From an uncultured delta proteobacterium (GTDB lineage Bacteria; Myxococcota_A; Polyangia; Polyangiales; Polyangiaceae), in NCBI GenBank assembly GCA_963696385.1, contig CAVOKF010000007.1, positions 576,001 through 640,000 of the forward strand: DNA of 64,000 nucleotides. The letters are read 5' to 3'. The notes below the pieces were generated by a model. The model saw only the letters and a program-made list of their open reading frames with translations. It was not told where the DNA came from and made no database searches. Both the position numbers and the translations under genes were made by a program. Position 1 is the first letter of the stretch, and every line of letters begins with the position of its first letter. Below are positions 22,477 through 33,306 of this stretch, piece after piece.

Positions 22477-23415
22477 ATGAAAATCAAGCCCGACGGCAGC
22501 GGATTTCTGTGGATCGGGGCGGGAGCCGCGGTGCTGTTGCTCTTCATGCTCGCGATGTTGCATTTTCATGAAGACCGAAATGCCGCCGCGCAAATGGCGG
22601 CCAAAACTCGCCGCGTGGATCTGGTGGCGCGGATGCAATTGGACCTGGCCTCGGCCTCGGAGGCGGAGAAGAGCGCGGTCCTTGCCACTACCGACGCCGA
22701 CTCTCAGACCTTGGCCGACCAAGCCCGCGCCGCCTCAGCCAAGGTGGCGCAGGAACGCCACGAGTTGGAAGAGATCCTGGCGGAGGGAGGGACTCCGGCG
22801 GAGAAGGAGTCTCTGGCTCAATTCACCGCGACGTTCGCGGAGTTCCAGCGCGTGGATCGCGAGCTTCTGGCGTTGGCGGTCAAGAACACCAACATCAAGG
22901 CGTACAGCCTGGCCTTCGGCCCCGCCGCCAGGTCGATCCAGGAAATGAGCGCCGCGCTCGATCGCCTCTTGGCGACGAATGCCGACTTACCCGAGGCGAA
23001 GACGATCCTGCGTCTCGCATACAGCGCACAAATCAGCGCGCTCCGCATCCAGACACTGTTGCCGCCGCACATCGCGGAGGAAAGCGACTCCAAAATGGAC
23101 GCGCTGGAAGCGTCGATGACTACGGAAGACGCGCAGGTTCGCAAAGACTTGAACGGCCTCGCCGCTTTCGGGGCTCTCAGCAAAGACCCCGAACTTGCGA
23201 CGGCCACGGCGCGCTACGCCGAGTTCAGCCGCATCAAGACCCAAATCCTGGGCTTGTCGCGCGAGAACACCAACGTCCGATCGCTGTCCATTTCGCTGCA
23301 TCAGAAGCGCAACGTGATGCTCCTCTGTCAGGCCACGCTCGACGCTCTGCAGCAGGCGATCCTGGCGGAACCAACGACCGGCACCTCCTACGGAACGCCT
23401 GCCAGACCGCGCTGA
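22477..23415 (+). CDS. Membrane-anchored MCP four-helix-bundle-like sensor-domain protein
   Basis: One N-terminal TM helix; two helical repeats ending KNTNIKA and ENTNVRS; no cytoplasmic output domain. Confidence 0.65.
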   Translation: MKIKPDGSGFLWIGAGAAVLLLFMLAMLHFHEDRNAAAQMAAKTRRVDLVARMQLDLASASEAEKSAVLATTDADSQTLADQARAASAKVAQERHELEEILAEGGTPAEKESLAQFTATFAEFQRVDRELLALAVKNTNIKAYSLAFGPAARSIQEMSAALDRLLATNADLPEAKTILRLAYSAQISALRIQTLLPPHIAEESDSKMDALEASMTTEDAQVRKDLNGLAAFGALSKDPELATATARYAEFSRIKTQILGLSRENTNVRSLSISLHQKRNVMLLCQATLDALQQAILAEPTTGTSYGTPARPR

Positions 23416-23502
23416 ACCGTCGAGAGCTGGACGCGACAGGTGTCGGTCGGGCAGAGCCTGCCCCTGGTGCGATCGCCCGTGCAACGCTCGGTCTACACCG
23501 GT

Positions 23503-24495
23503 CTACGCCGGGTCGAAGACGCGGACGCGACGGGGAGAGGCGAAGACGGTGTCGCCGCATTGCAGGCAAAGCTCTTCGAAGCGCCGCTCGTCGAGATCAG
23601 CGACCAGACCGCGCCCGAGAGCGTCCACGTCGAATTCCACGCGCACGACAGCGCCGGCCGTGTGCATCCGACGCACGCGTGCCTCGTACGAAATGGCGGC
23701 CGGGATCGAGCGCGACAGGTCGATTTCATGCGGCCGCACGAAGCCGACCCCTGCGCGGGCCTGCCCGTTGGGCGCCGGCAGCTCGTTGACGTCGCCCAAG
23801 AACCTCATGACCCATGCGCTCGCTGGATCGTGGAACACGTCGGCGGGCGCCCCCACTTGCTCGAGCCGCCCATGGTTCATGATCGCGACCCGATCGGCGA
23901 TCTCGAAAGCATCCTCTCGATCGTGGGTGACGAGGACCGTCGTCACGTGGGTTTCGTCGTGGAGATTTCGCAGCCAGGCTCGAAGCTCCTGACGAACGCG
24001 AGCATCGAGCGCTCCGAATGGCTCATCGAGAAGCAGGACCCGAGGCTCCGCCGCGAGGGCTCGGGCGAGGGCAACGCGCTGCCTCTGCCCCCCCGACAGC
24101 TGAGACGGCAGCCGTTCGGCCAAACCAGACAGGCGCACTCGTTCGAGCAGTTCCTCGACACGAGCCCGAATCTTGGCGGCGGGGGTCCGACGCACGCGCA
24201 GCGAGAACGCCACGTTCTCGAAAACGGTCATGTGCTCGAAGAGCGCGTAGTGCTGGAAGACGAGCCCCACTTGCCGGGCCCTAGGTCCGGTGCGCGTGAC
24301 GTCTGCGCCTTCGAACAGCACCCTGCCCGCGTCGGGCGTCTCGAGACCGGCAAGGATGCGCAAGAGCGTCGTTTTGCCGCATCCCGAGGGGCCAAGCAAT
24401 GCGACCAGGTCGCCGCGCGGCACGCGCAACGACACGCCGCTCAGTGCGGCATGCGCCCCGAAGCTCTTGTCCAACCCGATCAGTTCGAAGGTCAC
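23503..24495 (-). CDS. cysA: Sulfate ABC transporter ATP-binding protein
   Basis: [15 protein letters not shown] and LSGGQRQR motifs; TOBE-like C-terminus; cys operon context. Confidence 0.93.
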   Translation of the reverse strand: MTFELIGLDKSFGAHAALSGVSLRVPRGDLVALLGPSGCGKTTLLRILAGLETPDAGRVLFEGADVTRTGPRARQVGLVFQHYALFEHMTVFENVAFSLRVRRTPAAKIRARVEELLERVRLSGLAERLPSQLSGGQRQRVALARALAAEPRVLLLDEPFGALDARVRQELRAWLRNLHDETHVTTVLVTHDREDAFEIADRVAIMNHGRLEQVGAPADVFHDPASAWVMRFLGDVNELPAPNGQARAGVGFVRPHEIDLSRSIPAAISYEARVRRMHTAGAVVRVEFDVDALGRGLVADLDERRFEELCLQCGDTVFASPRRVRVFDPA

Positions 24496-25370
24496 GAGGG
24501 TACCTCACGCGCTTTCTGGAGAAGCGTCTTGGCCACGAGGGTGAAAACCGCCAAGAAGACCAAGAGCGACGCGACGGCAAACGAAGCCGAGAAGCGGTAA
24601 TCGTCGTAAAGCGTTTCGACGTGCAGCGGCAGAGTCTCGGTCTCGCCACGCACGTGGCCGGAGACGACGGACACCGCACCGAACTCGCCCATCGCACGCG
24701 CGTTGCACAAGACGACGCCGTAGAGCAACGCCCAGCGGATGCTCGGAAGCGTCACCCGAGAAAAGGTTTGCCATCCACTCGCCCCAAGGACGATCGCGGC
24801 CTCCTCCTTGTCGCGCCCGCCGGCCTCCATGGCCGTAATCACTTCGCGTGCAACGTACGAGAAGGTGACGAAGGCGGTGGCGAGGGCGATGCCGGGCCAT
24901 GCGAAGATGACCCGCACGCCGTGATGGAGAAGAAAGCGGCCCAAAGACGACCGAGGCCCGAGGCACAACACGAACACGAGTCCAGAAATGACGGGTGAGA
25001 CGGCCAGCGGAATCTCGATGAGCGCCGTGAGGAACGATTTGCCGGGGAAGTCGAATTTTCCAAGGGCCCAACCCGCGGCCAGACCGAACGCCACGTTCAT
25101 GGGCACCACGATCGCGGCCGTGAAAGCCGTGAGTCGCAGGGCGGCAAGTGCCTCGCGCTCGACCACGGCATGCACGTATGCGAGGACCCCTTGCTGGAAC
25201 GCATCCGCGAAGACCGCGAGCACAGGTACGACGACGACCACGGCGACGAAACCGAGCGCGACTGCGATCAACAGGCGGCGCGTGGCTCTGCCGGCCGGAC
25301 GCACCCCTGCACGGGTGCCCGTCTCGACGCTGCCGCGGGCCCACACGCCCGCGGTGTCAGGCGCTTGCAC
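24492..25370 (-). CDS. cysW: Sulfate ABC transporter permease
   Basis: [23 protein letters not shown] and TLPLHVE motifs. Confidence 0.93.
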   Translation of the reverse strand: MQAPDTAGVWARGSVETGTRAGVRPAGRATRRLLIAVALGFVAVVVVVPVLAVFADAFQQGVLAYVHAVVEREALAALRLTAFTAAIVVPMNVAFGLAAGWALGKFDFPGKSFLTALIEIPLAVSPVISGLVFVLCLGPRSSLGRFLLHHGVRVIFAWPGIALATAFVTFSYVAREVITAMEAGGRDKEEAAIVLGASGWQTFSRVTLPSIRWALLYGVVLCNARAMGEFGAVSVVSGHVRGETETLPLHVETLYDDYRFSASFAVASLLVFLAVFTLVAKTLLQKAREVPS

Positions 25371-26187
25371 GGCGCCTTTCGGTGGTCGTTCGCCACGCGT
25401 GGATGACGACCAGCAGGACCAACGACACGGTCAGCATGACGACCCCTATGCTCGCTGCCCCGACGTAGTCGTATTGGTCGAGTTTGGTCATGATGAGAAG
25501 GGAGCTGATCTCGGTCTTATTGGGCATGTTGCCCGCGATGAAAATGACCGAGCCGTACTCCCCGATGGCGCGGGCGAACGCCGCCGCGAAGCCGGCACGC
25601 AAGGCGGGCAGAAGTGCCGGGAAGACGACATCGACGAAAATGCGAGCCGGACTCGCGCCGAGCGTCGCGGCCGCCTCCTCAACCGCCGGATCGAGCTCCT
25701 CGATGATCGGCTGAACGGTCCGCACGAGAAACGGCAGGCCCACGAACGTGAGTGCGATGACGACGCCCGGCCAGGCGAACGCCACGTGGACGCCGAGACG
25801 CGCGAGAGGTGCGCCGATCCAGCCGGCATCCGAGTAGACCGACGTCAGAGCAATGCCGGCGACCGCCGTCGGAAGGGCCAGGGGGAGGTCGACGACCGCA
25901 TCGACGGCACGCTTTCCGGGGAATGTGTAGCGGGCTAGGACCCACGCCAAGACGAAGCCGAGCACGGCATTGATCGCCGCGGCGGCGGCCGACGTCAGAA
26001 GCGTGAAGCGGAGCGACGCCATCGCGCGGGGCGAGGTGATCGCAGCCCAGAAGCCGTGCCATCCGCCGCTCGCAGACTCGGCGACCAAGAACCCTAGCGG
26101 CAACAGAACGAGAGCGCTCAGATAGAAAACTGAAAAACCCAGCGTGAGCCGAAATCCGGGCAGTGACGAGCGACGCCGAGAACCCAT
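25357..26187 (-). CDS. cysT: Sulfate ABC transporter permease
   Basis: LPGFRLTLG, DLPLALPTAVAG and GEYGSVIFIAGN motifs. Confidence 0.93.
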   Translation of the reverse strand: MGSRRRSSLPGFRLTLGFSVFYLSALVLLPLGFLVAESASGGWHGFWAAITSPRAMASLRFTLLTSAAAAAINAVLGFVLAWVLARYTFPGKRAVDAVVDLPLALPTAVAGIALTSVYSDAGWIGAPLARLGVHVAFAWPGVVIALTFVGLPFLVRTVQPIIEELDPAVEEAAATLGASPARIFVDVVFPALLPALRAGFAAAFARAIGEYGSVIFIAGNMPNKTEISSLLIMTKLDQYDYVGAASIGVVMLTVSLVLLVVIHAWRTTTERRRASA

Positions 26188-26188
26188 G

Positions 26189-27251
26189 TCAACGGCCCGG
26201 CGAGTAGATTTCGATCGAACGCCGCACCGTCCGCGAAGTGAGCGGCCTGGGCGGCGTTCCAGCCACCGAATTCGTCCTGGATCGTGAAGAGCCTCAGCTT
26301 CGCGAAGTGGCTCTCGACCCCTGCGGGCGGCGTCGTCGGGCGATAGAATTCGCTGACGGCGATGGCCTGAGCTTCCGGGGTGAACAAGAATCGCGCGTAC
26401 GCCTCGGCAACGTCCCGTGTGCCGTGCTTGTCGACCACTTTGTCGACGACCGCGACCGGCGTCTGTGCCACGATGCTGACCGAGGGGACGACGATTTCGA
26501 ACTTCTCGCCGCCGGGCTGACTCTTGGCCAGAAGGGCTTCGGTCTCCCAGGCGATCAGAACATCTCCGAGCCCACGTTCCACGAACGTGGTCGTCGAGCC
26601 CCGGGCTCCGGAGTCGAGCACCGGCACATTCTTGTATAGCCGGCCGACGAAGTCGCGACCGCCGGCGTCGCCCCCGGTCTTGTTCTTCGCGTAGCCCCAC
26701 GCGGCCAAGTAATTCCAACGTCCTCCACTGGAGGTCTTGGGGTTCGGGGTGATGACGGCCACCCCCGGCTTGGCGAGATCGTCCCAATCCCGAATGCTCT
26801 TCGGGTTGCCCTGTCGAACCAAGAACACGACGGTCGAGGTGAACGGCGTCGATCCGTTGGGCAGACGGTCGTGCCAAGCCGGGTCGACCAGCCCGGCCTT
26901 CGCGATCGCGTCGATGTCGTACGCAAGGCCCAGCGTCACCACGTCGGCTTCGAGGCCGTCCATGACAGCCCGCGCCTGTTTCGCGGATCCGCCGTGCGAT
27001 TGCTTGACCGTCACGGACACGCCCGTCTTTGCCGCATAGCTCCGCGAAAAGGCGCCGTTGATCCGTTCGTAGAGCTCGCGGGTCGGATCGTACGAGACGT
27101 TGAGGATTTCGACCTGGCGAAGAGGCTTCGCGCCCGATCCGCCCCCCGCCGCCGCATCGGTTTGCGCCTTCCCGCAGGCCGCCTGCGAGACGGCAGCCAG
27201 CACCAGCATCGCCATCGCCGCGGCCGGCCAGCCCGTAAAGCCACTGCGCAT
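26189..27251 (-). CDS. sbp: Sulfate-binding periplasmic protein (extra base at ~26210 extends the ORF to 26118)
   Basis: LNVSYDPTRELY, QSHGGS, TPNPKTS and DSGARGST motifs; removing one base restores the typical FDRIY end with stop at 26189. Confidence 0.92.
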
Positions 27252-27511
27252 CCCGGTATGCCTCGGACCAGGTTGTGGCGCGTGCCGGGCTGTTCGTCAA
27301 GATGGAACGAAGTCCTCTATAGCGCAGGAGCGCTCGCGTCCCCACAGAACACGAAGCGACCGAGATTCGTTCGCGTGAGCCCCTGCGGACCGAGGGCGTG
27401 GCGGCATCTCCCTCTGAACCAACCGAGCCGGCGGCCCGACAACGGACTTGCGCCCCCGGATAGGTCTCCTATAATAGACTTTATGTCCGCTATGCAGGAA
27501 CATCCCGGCCC

Positions 27512-28519
27512 ATGCCCCCGACTTCAAGTCCCAGCGTGGCAGCGAGCGCTCGCCGGATCGGCTCCGCCGACGTCGTCGACAGCCGAACGAGCGCCGATCG
27601 GCCCGGCAGAACCCCTCTCGTCGAGCTTCGGCGTCTGACCGGCAAGCTTCCGGGGCGTGTCGTCGTCAAGCTCGAGTCCCGCAACCCGAGCGGCAGCATC
27701 AAAGATCGCGTCGCGACGGCACTGGTGGAGGAAGCGGAATCCGAAGGATTGCTCACGAGCGGGAGCACGATCGTCGCCGCCACGAGCGGCAACACGGGGC
27801 TCGCGCTTGCGCGCATCGCGGCGGCGCGCGGCTACAAGGCTCGCTTGGCGGTCCCCCAGGACTGGTGCCACGAACGGATGGCGCTGCTGCTCTACCTCGG
27901 GGCCGACGTGATCGTCACGCCGGGTGGAAGCATGGAGACGGCGCGCCACCGCGCCCGCCAAATCGCCGCGAGCCCGAACGAGCGTAGCGCCGTGCTGCTC
28001 GATCAATTCACATCGGAAGCCAACTGGCAGGTTCACCGTCGAACGACCGCCGAGGAAATCTGGGCCGACACCGGAGGGGAAGTGGCCGCCTTCGTTGCAG
28101 GCGTCGGCACGGGCGGGACCCTGATGGGCGTCGCCCGAGGTCTTCGCGCGCGCAAACCGGGGGTCCGCATCATCGCGGTCGAACCGGCGGCATCGCCCGT
28201 GCTCTCCGGGGGACAACCGGCGGATCACGGCATCCAGGGGATCGGCGCCGGCTTCATTCCCCCGCTCTTCCGCTTCGACATCGTCGACGAGATCCTGGGC
28301 GTTCGCGACGAAGTCGCCTTCGAATGGACCCAGAAGCTGGCGCGCGAGGAGGGAATCCTCGCGGGCGTCTCGTCCGGTGCGGCGGTCGCAGCGGCCGTAT
28401 CCGTCGCCGGCCAGAAGCGCATGGCCGGCAAAATGATCGTGACCATGGTCTGCGACTCCGCCGAGCGATACGTCATTGCACCCCGAATCGAAGCGCCCGC
28501 GCGACGAGGCCGGACATGA
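27512..28519 (+). CDS. cysK: Cysteine synthase
   Basis: KLESRNPSGSIKDR, TSGNTG, GVGTGGT and IQGIGAGF motifs. Confidence 0.92.
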   Translation: MPPTSSPSVAASARRIGSADVVDSRTSADRPGRTPLVELRRLTGKLPGRVVVKLESRNPSGSIKDRVATALVEEAESEGLLTSGSTIVAATSGNTGLALARIAAARGYKARLAVPQDWCHERMALLLYLGADVIVTPGGSMETARHRARQIAASPNERSAVLLDQFTSEANWQVHRRTTAEEIWADTGGEVAAFVAGVGTGGTLMGVARGLRARKPGVRIIAVEPAASPVLSGGQPADHGIQGIGAGFIPPLFRFDIVDEILGVRDEVAFEWTQKLAREEGILAGVSSGAAVAAAVSVAGQKRMAGKMIVTMVCDSAERYVIAPRIEAPARRGRT

Positions 28520-28836
28520 GCGCGCGCCGACGCGTCAGCTTCATCGGCGGAGCCGAGCGCGTGGAGCGCGGGCTGCTCGCCTTGGCGGACGAAGTGGGAG
28601 TCGATGTGGAAGTGCACGACGGCCATACGCGCGGCAGTGGGGCCGGTCGACTGGCGGCGGCCGTCCAACGGTCCGACCTGCTCGTCATCATCACCGGAAC
28701 GAACAGCCACAATGCCGTTCATGTCGCCAAGCGCGAAGCCGCCCGTTTCGGTGTCCCGGTGCGGATCCTCCGGTCTTGTGGCGTCGGCAGGGCCCGTGCT
28801 CTGCTGGCCGAGGTCGCCCGAGTCCAGGACCCCTGA
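28516..28836 (+). CDS. DUF2325-like protein
   Basis: FIGG...HDG...DLLVIIT..NSH pattern; ATGA overlap with cysK. Confidence 0.7.
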   Translation: MSARRRVSFIGGAERVERGLLALADEVGVDVEVHDGHTRGSGAGRLAAAVQRSDLLVIITGTNSHNAVHVAKREAARFGVPVRILRSCGVGRARALLAEVARVQDP

Positions 28837-28938
28837 CGGAATCGCCTGGACGCCGATTCCGCGCTCGACGGCCGTCGAGAACCAGTCCGGATTCCGTCTA
28901 TCCCGACCCCGCGCCGACGCCATGATAGCGTCGCGTCC

Positions 28939-29139
28939 GTGCGCGCACTCTTCCGGATCGTCGTCGTGGCAAGCGTGGCTCTCGGGTGTACGGAGACGCC
29001 CAGCAATCTGCCGGCGTGCCTCGGTATCCAGGGCAGTCCGGCATGCGCTCCCGACGATGCGGGCACCGACGCCGACGCCGACGCCGACGCCACCGATGCG
29101 TCGGACGCCGCGGCTGGACTCATTGCCCCCACGGACTGA
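28939..29139 (+). CDS. Small lipoprotein with an Asp-Ala repeat tail
   Basis: Signal peptide plus ALGC lipobox; Cys pair; (GACGCC)n encodes DADADAD. Confidence 0.5.
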   Translation: MRALFRIVVVASVALGCTETPSNLPACLGIQGSPACAPDDAGTDADADADATDASDAAAGLIAPTD

Positions 29140-29264
29140 ACGGTTCCGTCGGAGGGACCGTTTGGCCGCGGATGCCTACGCTCGCCGGGGTGGGGGGGTG
29201 GACTGCGTTCGACGCGCGGCCCCCCCTCGCGCGGGCGATTCGGAGAACCTAGATTGCCAGGACC

Positions 29265-29981
29265 ATGACATCGCTGGAAGTGCAGGTGTGGTCGGACATC
29301 GCGTGTCCCTGGTGCTACGTAGGCAAGCGGCGTCTCGAGACGGCGCTGGCCGGGTTTGCGCATCGCGACGCGGTCCACGTGCGCTGGCGGGCGTTCGAGC
29401 TCGACCCAGCGGCCCCTCGCGTGCGAGACGCCACCGGGCCGTATGCCGAGCGGCTTGCGAAAAAGTACGGAATGTCAAAGGCTCAAGCGGAGCAACGCCT
29501 CGGGCATCTCACCGAGATGGCCGCCGCGGAGGGATTGGATCTCCGCTTCGACCGCATTCGCCCGGGCAATACGTTCGATGCGCACCGTCTGATCGCGCTG
29601 GCGAGAGCCCGAGGCCTCGAAGACACCGCGAAGGAACGGCTGATGCGCGCGTATTTCACCGAGGGGCGCGCCATCGGCGACCCAAGCGTGCTCGTTGCAC
29701 TCGGTGAGCAGGTCGGGCTCGACCGCGCGGAGGTCCACGACGCGCTCGCGAGCGACGCCTATTCGGAAGAGGTCCGCGCCGACGAAGAACTCGCGCGCGA
29801 TCTCGGCATCTCCGGTGTGCCCTTCTTTGTCCTGGGGGAGCGACTCGCCGTGTCGGGGGCGCAGCCGTCCACCGCATTGACGGCAGCGCTCGATCAAGCC
29901 TGGGCCGAAGGACCGGCGCCGCCATCGGAAGGCCCGTCGTGCGGCCCCGACGAATGCGAACGGCCGCTTCCCTCCGCGTGA
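29265..29981 (+). CDS. DsbA/FrnE-family oxidoreductase
   Basis: SDIACPWCYVGKRR, NTFDAHRL, GVPFF and SGAQ motifs. Confidence 0.92.
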   Translation: MTSLEVQVWSDIACPWCYVGKRRLETALAGFAHRDAVHVRWRAFELDPAAPRVRDATGPYAERLAKKYGMSKAQAEQRLGHLTEMAAAEGLDLRFDRIRPGNTFDAHRLIALARARGLEDTAKERLMRAYFTEGRAIGDPSVLVALGEQVGLDRAEVHDALASDAYSEEVRADEELARDLGISGVPFFVLGERLAVSGAQPSTALTAALDQAWAEGPAPPSEGPSCGPDECERPLPSA

Positions 29982-30238
29982 GGCGGACGCCAAGACACCA
30001 CCACCGCTAGACTCCGCTCAGAGTGAAATGCAGCTTGCCCCGGAGCCAGTCGAGTCCGCGAGCCCATCGGACGTGACGCGAGGCCGAAGTCGTCGGGGCC
30101 GAACCGCACGCAAGTCGGGTCCCGAAGCGGTCTTCCGCTCCAGAGGGGGGTCCTTGAGCGCCGCGGCGTGCGTCGGCCGTTCGGTCGCTGCGAATTGAAT
30201 CGTTCACGGCCCCGGGAATCGCTCGCTCCGGCCGATTC

Positions 30239-31510
30239 TCACAGAGCAGTCCGAGCACACCGAACCCCGTAGGCGTAGGCGCCCGTGTCGGCAGGGGCGT
30301 TCGGATGTCGAGACGGGGCAAAGTTCCCACTCCCCCTGTCGAAGTTACCGCCCTGGGTCAATCGCTCGGTGCCTGTCGTGAGATTGGCGCAATTCACGCA
30401 CGTGCCACCGACGTAGGGGCTCGCGTACCAGTCCAACGTCCACTCAAAAACGGTGCCCGCGAGGTCGAGCTGCCCCCACCGGCCGATTCCCTGCGTCGCC
30501 GTTCCCACCGGCGCAATGTTCTCGACGCCGGAGCAGGTCCCGGAGCCATTTGGGAAATAGCACATGTAGATGGCGTACTCGTTCATCGTCCCCGGACCGG
30601 TCGTGCCCCATGGGTACTCGCTCTGGACCGAGCCTCCGACCGCTGCGTATTCAAATTCCGCTTCGCTCGGAAGAAAACCGCCGTCGAAGATACAAAAGGC
30701 GTAGGCGTCGTACCAATTGACGCAGTTGATGGGCAGATTCTCCTGACTGCCTGCCGAGGGCGTCCAGGTCCAGTAGTGGGATCCGGGGGTGAGGTCCGCG
30801 ACGAGCGTCCCTTCGCACTCCAGTGCGGCGTCGGTGGGCATGACGTTGCTGTCGTCTGACACCAGCCACCCCGGCTCGTACCCTACGCCCGAGGCGTTGA
30901 TCAGGCCAGCACCCCCATTCAGGTCGCTGTGCTTGCCCGACCCCGCCGGCGGCCTCCACCCGGCGTTCCAGGCCGCCACGAACTGGCGAAAGCGGCCCAC
31001 CGTCACCAAGTACTTGTCCAGGCGAAAGGAATCTACCGTCGCCGGGTCCGCCTCGCCGGTCGGCCCGTTGCCGGAATTCTCAAACGACCGGTAGTAATTT
31101 CCTCCGGCTACCGGCAGGCTGGTGCAGCAGCTTTCGGTCGCGGCTCCGCAGTCGTCCAGACCGGCGCCGGAAGCTTGGCAACTCGGCGGTGCCGGCATGC
31201 CTTCCTCCGGCGCATCCACGGACGCATCCGGGGGCTCGAAGCCGCCCGCATCCGTCTCGGAACTGCTTGCGTCCGTCTCGGAACTGCCTGCCTCGATCTG
31301 GGGACCACCGCCGGTCGTGTTCCAACCGAGAAGGACCCGCGCGTCAGGACATCCCAGGGTTGCCAGCCCGATGGCGAGACCCGCGATGACACCGAGATTC
31401 CACCGCGCGGGATGAGGCACCGGCCACCCTGAGCTGGACGTTAGCCCAAAGGGATCGCGATCTGAAGAACGTTCGTCGCGATGCCCCGGATCGCGGTACA
31501 CCCCTCGCAT
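30239..31510 (-). CDS. FGE-sulfatase (SUMF1/EgtB/PvdO) domain protein, probable lipoprotein (start uncertain, possibly GTG 31420)
   Basis: FRLDKYLVTVGRF, PINCVNW, LPSEAEFEYAA, DLAGTVFEW and GVRCAR motifs; TLGC lipobox. Confidence 0.85.
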   Translation of the reverse strand: MRGVYRDPGHRDERSSDRDPFGLTSSSGWPVPHPARWNLGVIAGLAIGLATLGCPDARVLLGWNTTGGGPQIEAGSSETDASSSETDAGGFEPPDASVDAPEEGMPAPPSCQASGAGLDDCGAATESCCTSLPVAGGNYYRSFENSGNGPTGEADPATVDSFRLDKYLVTVGRFRQFVAAWNAGWRPPAGSGKHSDLNGGAGLINASGVGYEPGWLVSDDSNVMPTDAALECEGTLVADLTPGSHYWTWTPSAGSQENLPINCVNWYDAYAFCIFDGGFLPSEAEFEYAAVGGSVQSEYPWGTTGPGTMNEYAIYMCYFPNGSGTCSGVENIAPVGTATQGIGRWGQLDLAGTVFEWTLDWYASPYVGGTCVNCANLTTGTERLTQGGNFDRGSGNFAPSRHPNAPADTGAYAYGVRCARTAL

Positions 31511-32771
31511 GGCCGGCCGCGCACGGGGTTCTACCCCAAAGGGTGCGATCTCGCCGGCGTCGCGAGCCAGCCACGTGCAGGTGCGACTAGGCTGCTCGCT
31601 TGCGGCCGCGGTGCTCGTTCTGCCTTGGGCTACTGCGCCGGCGAGAGCGTCGGACGCAGGGACTCTGGTCGATCTCGAATGGGTCGCGCCCGACGGGTGT
31701 CCGGATGCCGCGACCATTGCGCGCGAGGTCGATCGGCTCCGTGCAGATCTCGCCCCGACCGCCCATCCGTACCTACGGGCGCATGCCGAGGTCCAGAAGG
31801 AGAAGTCGGGTCCGTGGCGTATGGATCTCCGAACGACCAGCCCGCTGGGCCCTGGGCATCGGACGGTCAGCGCGGAATCGTGCCGCGCGCTGGCGGACGC
31901 AACGGCCCTGATTCTTGCGCTGGCGCTCCCCCTCGACTCGGAGCCTGCGTCGGGAGGTCGCTCGACCGAAAGGGTGGCGAAAGCCACCGCGCCTCCGGTT
32001 TCCGAAAATGCGGGGGCGAGACCTGCGAGCGCGTCCGTCGTCCCATCGCCGATTCCCCCGCGCAGCGCGCCGGCCCCTGCGCCGACGGCCACCGGATCCG
32101 CACCGAATGTTGCGGTTGCGCCGACTAGCCCTGCCCCCGTGCCGACGGTCCCCGCCTTCGCCCCGCCCGCACCCACCTCCGCTCAGAACGAGTCCGCCCC
32201 CCCTCAAGGGGCCCGACCCCAGCGACCCCCGCTCACGCCATCGTCGCGACGGGCTGTCCGCTTTTCGTCCGGCGTCTTCGCTGTGCTCGATACGGGCGCA
32301 CTGCCGACCCTGGCTCCGGGAGTCGCTGGGAGGCTGGCCGCGATGGCGACTGCGTTTCCCCAGTTGCGCCTGGAGCTCGACGCGGCTCTCTTTCACAGCG
32401 AGACGACATCCAGTCCGCCCGCGCGAAGCGGAGCGTTCGCCCTTCGCACGTTCGACGCGAGCGGATGCATCGTGACGCGAGCCGCAGGTTTCGAAATCGG
32501 TCCCTGCGTGAGCATCGAAGTCGCGTGGTTGAGCGGGAAGGGCTTGTACGAAAGCCAGGGGTCTGCCGGCGATGCCGAATGGTTGGTGCTTCGGGCCCGA
32601 GCCACGATGGCCTATCCTTGGTCTTCGGTATGGTCGATTCGCGCCGACGCGGGCGGGGGTCTTGAATTGAGCCGCCCGGAATTCGTGTCGGAAGGCGCCC
32701 CAGGAGGCCTCGTCTACCAACCGGATCGATGGACGGGGCGAGTCGCACTGGGGATCGAGCTGCACTTTTAG
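31509..32771 (+). CDS. Hypothetical exported protein with Pro-rich linker and probable C-terminal beta-barrel (start uncertain)
   Basis: Signal-like segment; WVAPDGCP..SCRALADA; amphipathic strands ending LGIELHF. Confidence 0.6.
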   Translation: MAGRARGSTPKGAISPASRASHVQVRLGCSLAAAVLVLPWATAPARASDAGTLVDLEWVAPDGCPDAATIAREVDRLRADLAPTAHPYLRAHAEVQKEKSGPWRMDLRTTSPLGPGHRTVSAESCRALADATALILALALPLDSEPASGGRSTERVAKATAPPVSENAGARPASASVVPSPIPPRSAPAPAPTATGSAPNVAVAPTSPAPVPTVPAFAPPAPTSAQNESAPPQGARPQRPPLTPSSRRAVRFSSGVFAVLDTGALPTLAPGVAGRLAAMATAFPQLRLELDAALFHSETTSSPPARSGAFALRTFDASGCIVTRAAGFEIGPCVSIEVAWLSGKGLYESQGSAGDAEWLVLRARATMAYPWSSVWSIRADAGGGLELSRPEFVSEGAPGGLVYQPDRWTGRVALGIELHF

Positions 32772-33306
32772 CCACGAAGCCAAGCGCGGCCGGCCACTCA
32801 CGGGCAGTGTGCCCATCACACGACCTGGATCGGTCGCTGCGCCGCAAACCGGCCCATCTGGGGGGAGGCGGTCGTATATGCTACTCGAAATTCCGCGCCG
32901 AGCCCGCACGAGACGCTCGCCGCCGGTGAAGCGTGCGGACGCTTCGTGGCGTGCTCGACGCCATGGCCAAGGTGGGACGCGGCAGCCTTCCGCATGCGGC
33001 TTGCCGCCGACCGAGTTGACAGCGAGTCGACTGTATGCTTGCGGCGGCACCGAGAGCCCTGGGACCGCCGGGGCCCGGGCCTAGCCCGACCGTGGGCGCC
33101 ACGAGCGCCTCACGGCGACGGGCCCCACCGCACCGCGCGAGGGTCGTTGCCGGCCTGGCCAGGACAGGATTGTCAGGGGTCGCCCCGGCCACCCGCTGAG
33201 GATGGCCCCGCGTTAGTGGCCGTCCGGTCGATCTGCCGCCACAATGCTCGCGCGCGGCACGCTCCGTGTAACCACAGGGGCGTTCCCCCTTCGAACCTTT
33301 GCTTCG

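Noticed and set aside
25357..27345. Apparent long CysT or Sbp-CysT fusion
   Set aside because: The upstream part is an off-frame reading of sbp; CysT starts at 26187
27252..27511. SAM riboswitch before the cys genes
   Set aside because: SAM-I core motifs not found by eye
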